From: Centroscyllium fabricii
Lineage: Eukaryota
DNA length: 64,000 nt
Direction: 5' to 3'
Assembly: GCA_051313645.2 (NCBI GenBank)
Contig: JBNRSN020000058.1
Span: 1,054,001 to 1,118,000, forward strand
Below, one piece after another: positions 61,893 to 64,000 of the stretch (position 1 is its first letter; each line of letters opens with the position of its first letter). The position numbers were made by a program, and so were the translations under genes. Under the pieces are notes generated by a model. It was not told where the DNA came from, did no database searches, and was given only the letters and a program-made list of their open reading frames with translations.

Positions 61893-63436
61893 TAAAATTT
61901 GTGACACTTGAGCGTAAGCTTCTATTATGGCGCTTTCCCCGGTTGCACTCAATATCAATATAATTTATTAAAGATGATATTTTTCGATATCAACATTGTG
62001 GAGATAAAGTGCCATTTCATTGAGACACACATTAACTAACTTGCAAATGCAGAGAAAGTTTAAATCTTGCTGAAAGGTTAATTTGTGCTAAATATTTGGC
62101 AAATTTTACAAATTTTAAGCTGCCATGATGAGGCATAGAAATGGAAATGACATCATTTAATCAGTTACTGCTCACAACTGCAGAGCCAGGACATGTGCCT
62201 TGTCTCATCAAGAGTTTTTCGTCCCCTTGCCCCATAACTGCGGACAATGCCTAACGTAACAGGTTTGGTGGCAGTTTTGCGGCACACACCACATTTTTCT
62301 GATAATGTTAAATTGTGATGAATTATAGATACACTAGTATAGCAGCCAACAGTTCCTTTCAGATCTGCTGTGTAATATCGATCAGAATTGTTTTGAACAG
62401 CATTTATGGTACTGGTCTTAGTCATTTTATTCCCCCCCGTTTAAATGTGTTGGGGGAAGGGGGACGGGGTGATTAGCCATTCGCAGGAATACTGCCCTCT
62501 GTAACTTAAGAGTGAGAGAACAGCGAAAGAATAAACCAGCAATGACGAGAGAGAAAACATCTATTCATTTCATCTCAGATGCAGAACAACATGGTACAGG
62601 GGGTTCAACAATAGCAAAATGTACAGACTCAAAGCATTTGTTTCAAATCACCATAGGCAACACTGAGGTTTACTGAGGCGCTAACAAAAATGAAAGTTAG
62701 TCGGTCAGAAAAATCCAAGTGGTTACCCTGGCCAACTGTATTCTTAGCAATCACTAGGTGGTCAAACCACACTGCTGTGTTTATAATGTTGACTCATATC
62801 CACTCGGGGCCTTTTCTCAAGTAACCAGCTAATCTGCTGTGTACAGTTATACATGCCACAGCTCCCCACTCAATTTCCTTCTGAAGCTAGCGAGCACTGT
62901 TTCACCGTTGGAGGGCACAGGCATTTTTGATTCATATTTTTAAAATATGGTAGACTTATTTTAAATATGTATATGATTTCAGCACTGCCCAGTCTCTTAT
63001 TTCTCACAGGAGTCTCCCACATTTTTTCTTAGATGATCTAATAGGAACCAATGACTATATCTCCATTTCCCCTCCTTCATTAATCTCCTGCATGAAAATC
63101 CTCGAAGCGTGGCAGCTCTGTGACTTGTACTTTTATTATTTTCTGTAATGCTCTATATTTTAAATACTGATACAGAGCGAAACACCTGCTGTTCAAGAAA
63201 TAAGGTTCATGTGCTGCAGGTGAATGGAACAGAGGGTTTATGGGTCATTAAAATAATTAAATGTTCAGTTTGCAACATTTAATCCCCAGCAAAATTAAAC
63301 TTTAAAAAGGCAGATTCTGAACAAAAACACATAAATTTCACTGAGAATGGAAATGGACAGAATAGCAGCAAATAATCCAGTTGTAAGGAACTGTTGAAGT
63401 TGAACAGCTGAAAGTAATGGACATTCCAGAGGAAGT

Positions 63437-64000
63437 GATCTGCCCTGTCGGGCGGCGATCTGCCCTGTCGGGCGGCGATCTGCCCTGTCGGGCGGCGATC
63501 TGCCCTGTCTGGCTGCGATCTGCCCTGTCTGGCTGCGATCTGCCCTGTCTGGCTGCGATCTGCCCTGTCTGGCTGCGATCTGCCCTGTCTGGCTGCGATC
63601 TGCCCTGTCTGGCTGCGATCTGCCCTGTCTGGCGGCGATCTGCCCTGTCTGACGGCGATCTGCCCTGTCTGACGGCGATCTGCCCTGTCGGACGGCGATC
63701 TGCCCTGTCGGACGGCGATCTGCCCTGTCGGACGGCGATCTGCCCTGTCGGACGGCGATCTGCCCTGTCTGGCTGCGATCTGCCCTGTCTGGCTGCGATC
63801 TGCCCTGTCTGGCTGCGATCTGCCCTGTCGGGCTGCGATCTGCCCTGTCGGGCTGCGATCTGCCCTGTCTGGCGGCGATCTGCCCTGTCGGACGGCGATC
63901 TGCCCTGTCTGGCGGCGATCTGCCCTGTCGGACGGCGATCTGCCCTGTCGGACGGCGATCTGCCCTGTCGGACGGCGATCTGCCCTGTCTGACGGCGATC
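63437..64000. repeat. 20-bp GC-rich minisatellite, ~28 units, truncated by the window end
   Basis: Unit gatctgccctgtc(g/t)g(g/a)c(g/t)gc. Confidence 0.97.

Noticed and set aside
63417-63992. 191-aa Cys-rich ORF or CRISPR-like array
   Set aside because: It is a translation of a 20-bp tandem repeat with no unique spacers and no cas genes, in eukaryotic context.

Overview
This is eukaryotic, AT-rich, repeat-dense DNA, almost certainly from a cartilaginous fish (shark-type HE1 SINE, CR1 tails, Deu-domain SINEs, palindromic Penelope derivatives). It looks intronic or intergenic, and I can support no host protein-coding exon. Every recognisable long ORF is transposon-derived. Retroelements: a near full-length CR1 (ORF1 esterase plus ORF2) interrupted by younger CR1 copies, an L2, a Rex1/Babar 3' fragment, several SINE families, and palindromic Penelope-like elements with minimal hammerhead-ribozyme motifs and 14-bp TSDs. 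DNA transposons: PIF/Harbinger derivatives (Myb/SANT remnants and MITEs with 3-bp TSDs), a Tc1/mariner-type MITE and a hAT-Charlie MITE. A 20-bp minisatellite runs off the right end. The most unusual items are (i) an ORF1-less LINE with a tRNA-like Pol III-type head, few sense-strand T-runs and a short head+tail derivative in the same window, (ii) a SINE carrying an inverted second copy of its own 3' tail inside one apparent TSD, and (iii) the Penelope hairpins with hammerhead motifs. Family names come from my recall of consensus motifs, not database searches, and coordinates were read by eye.
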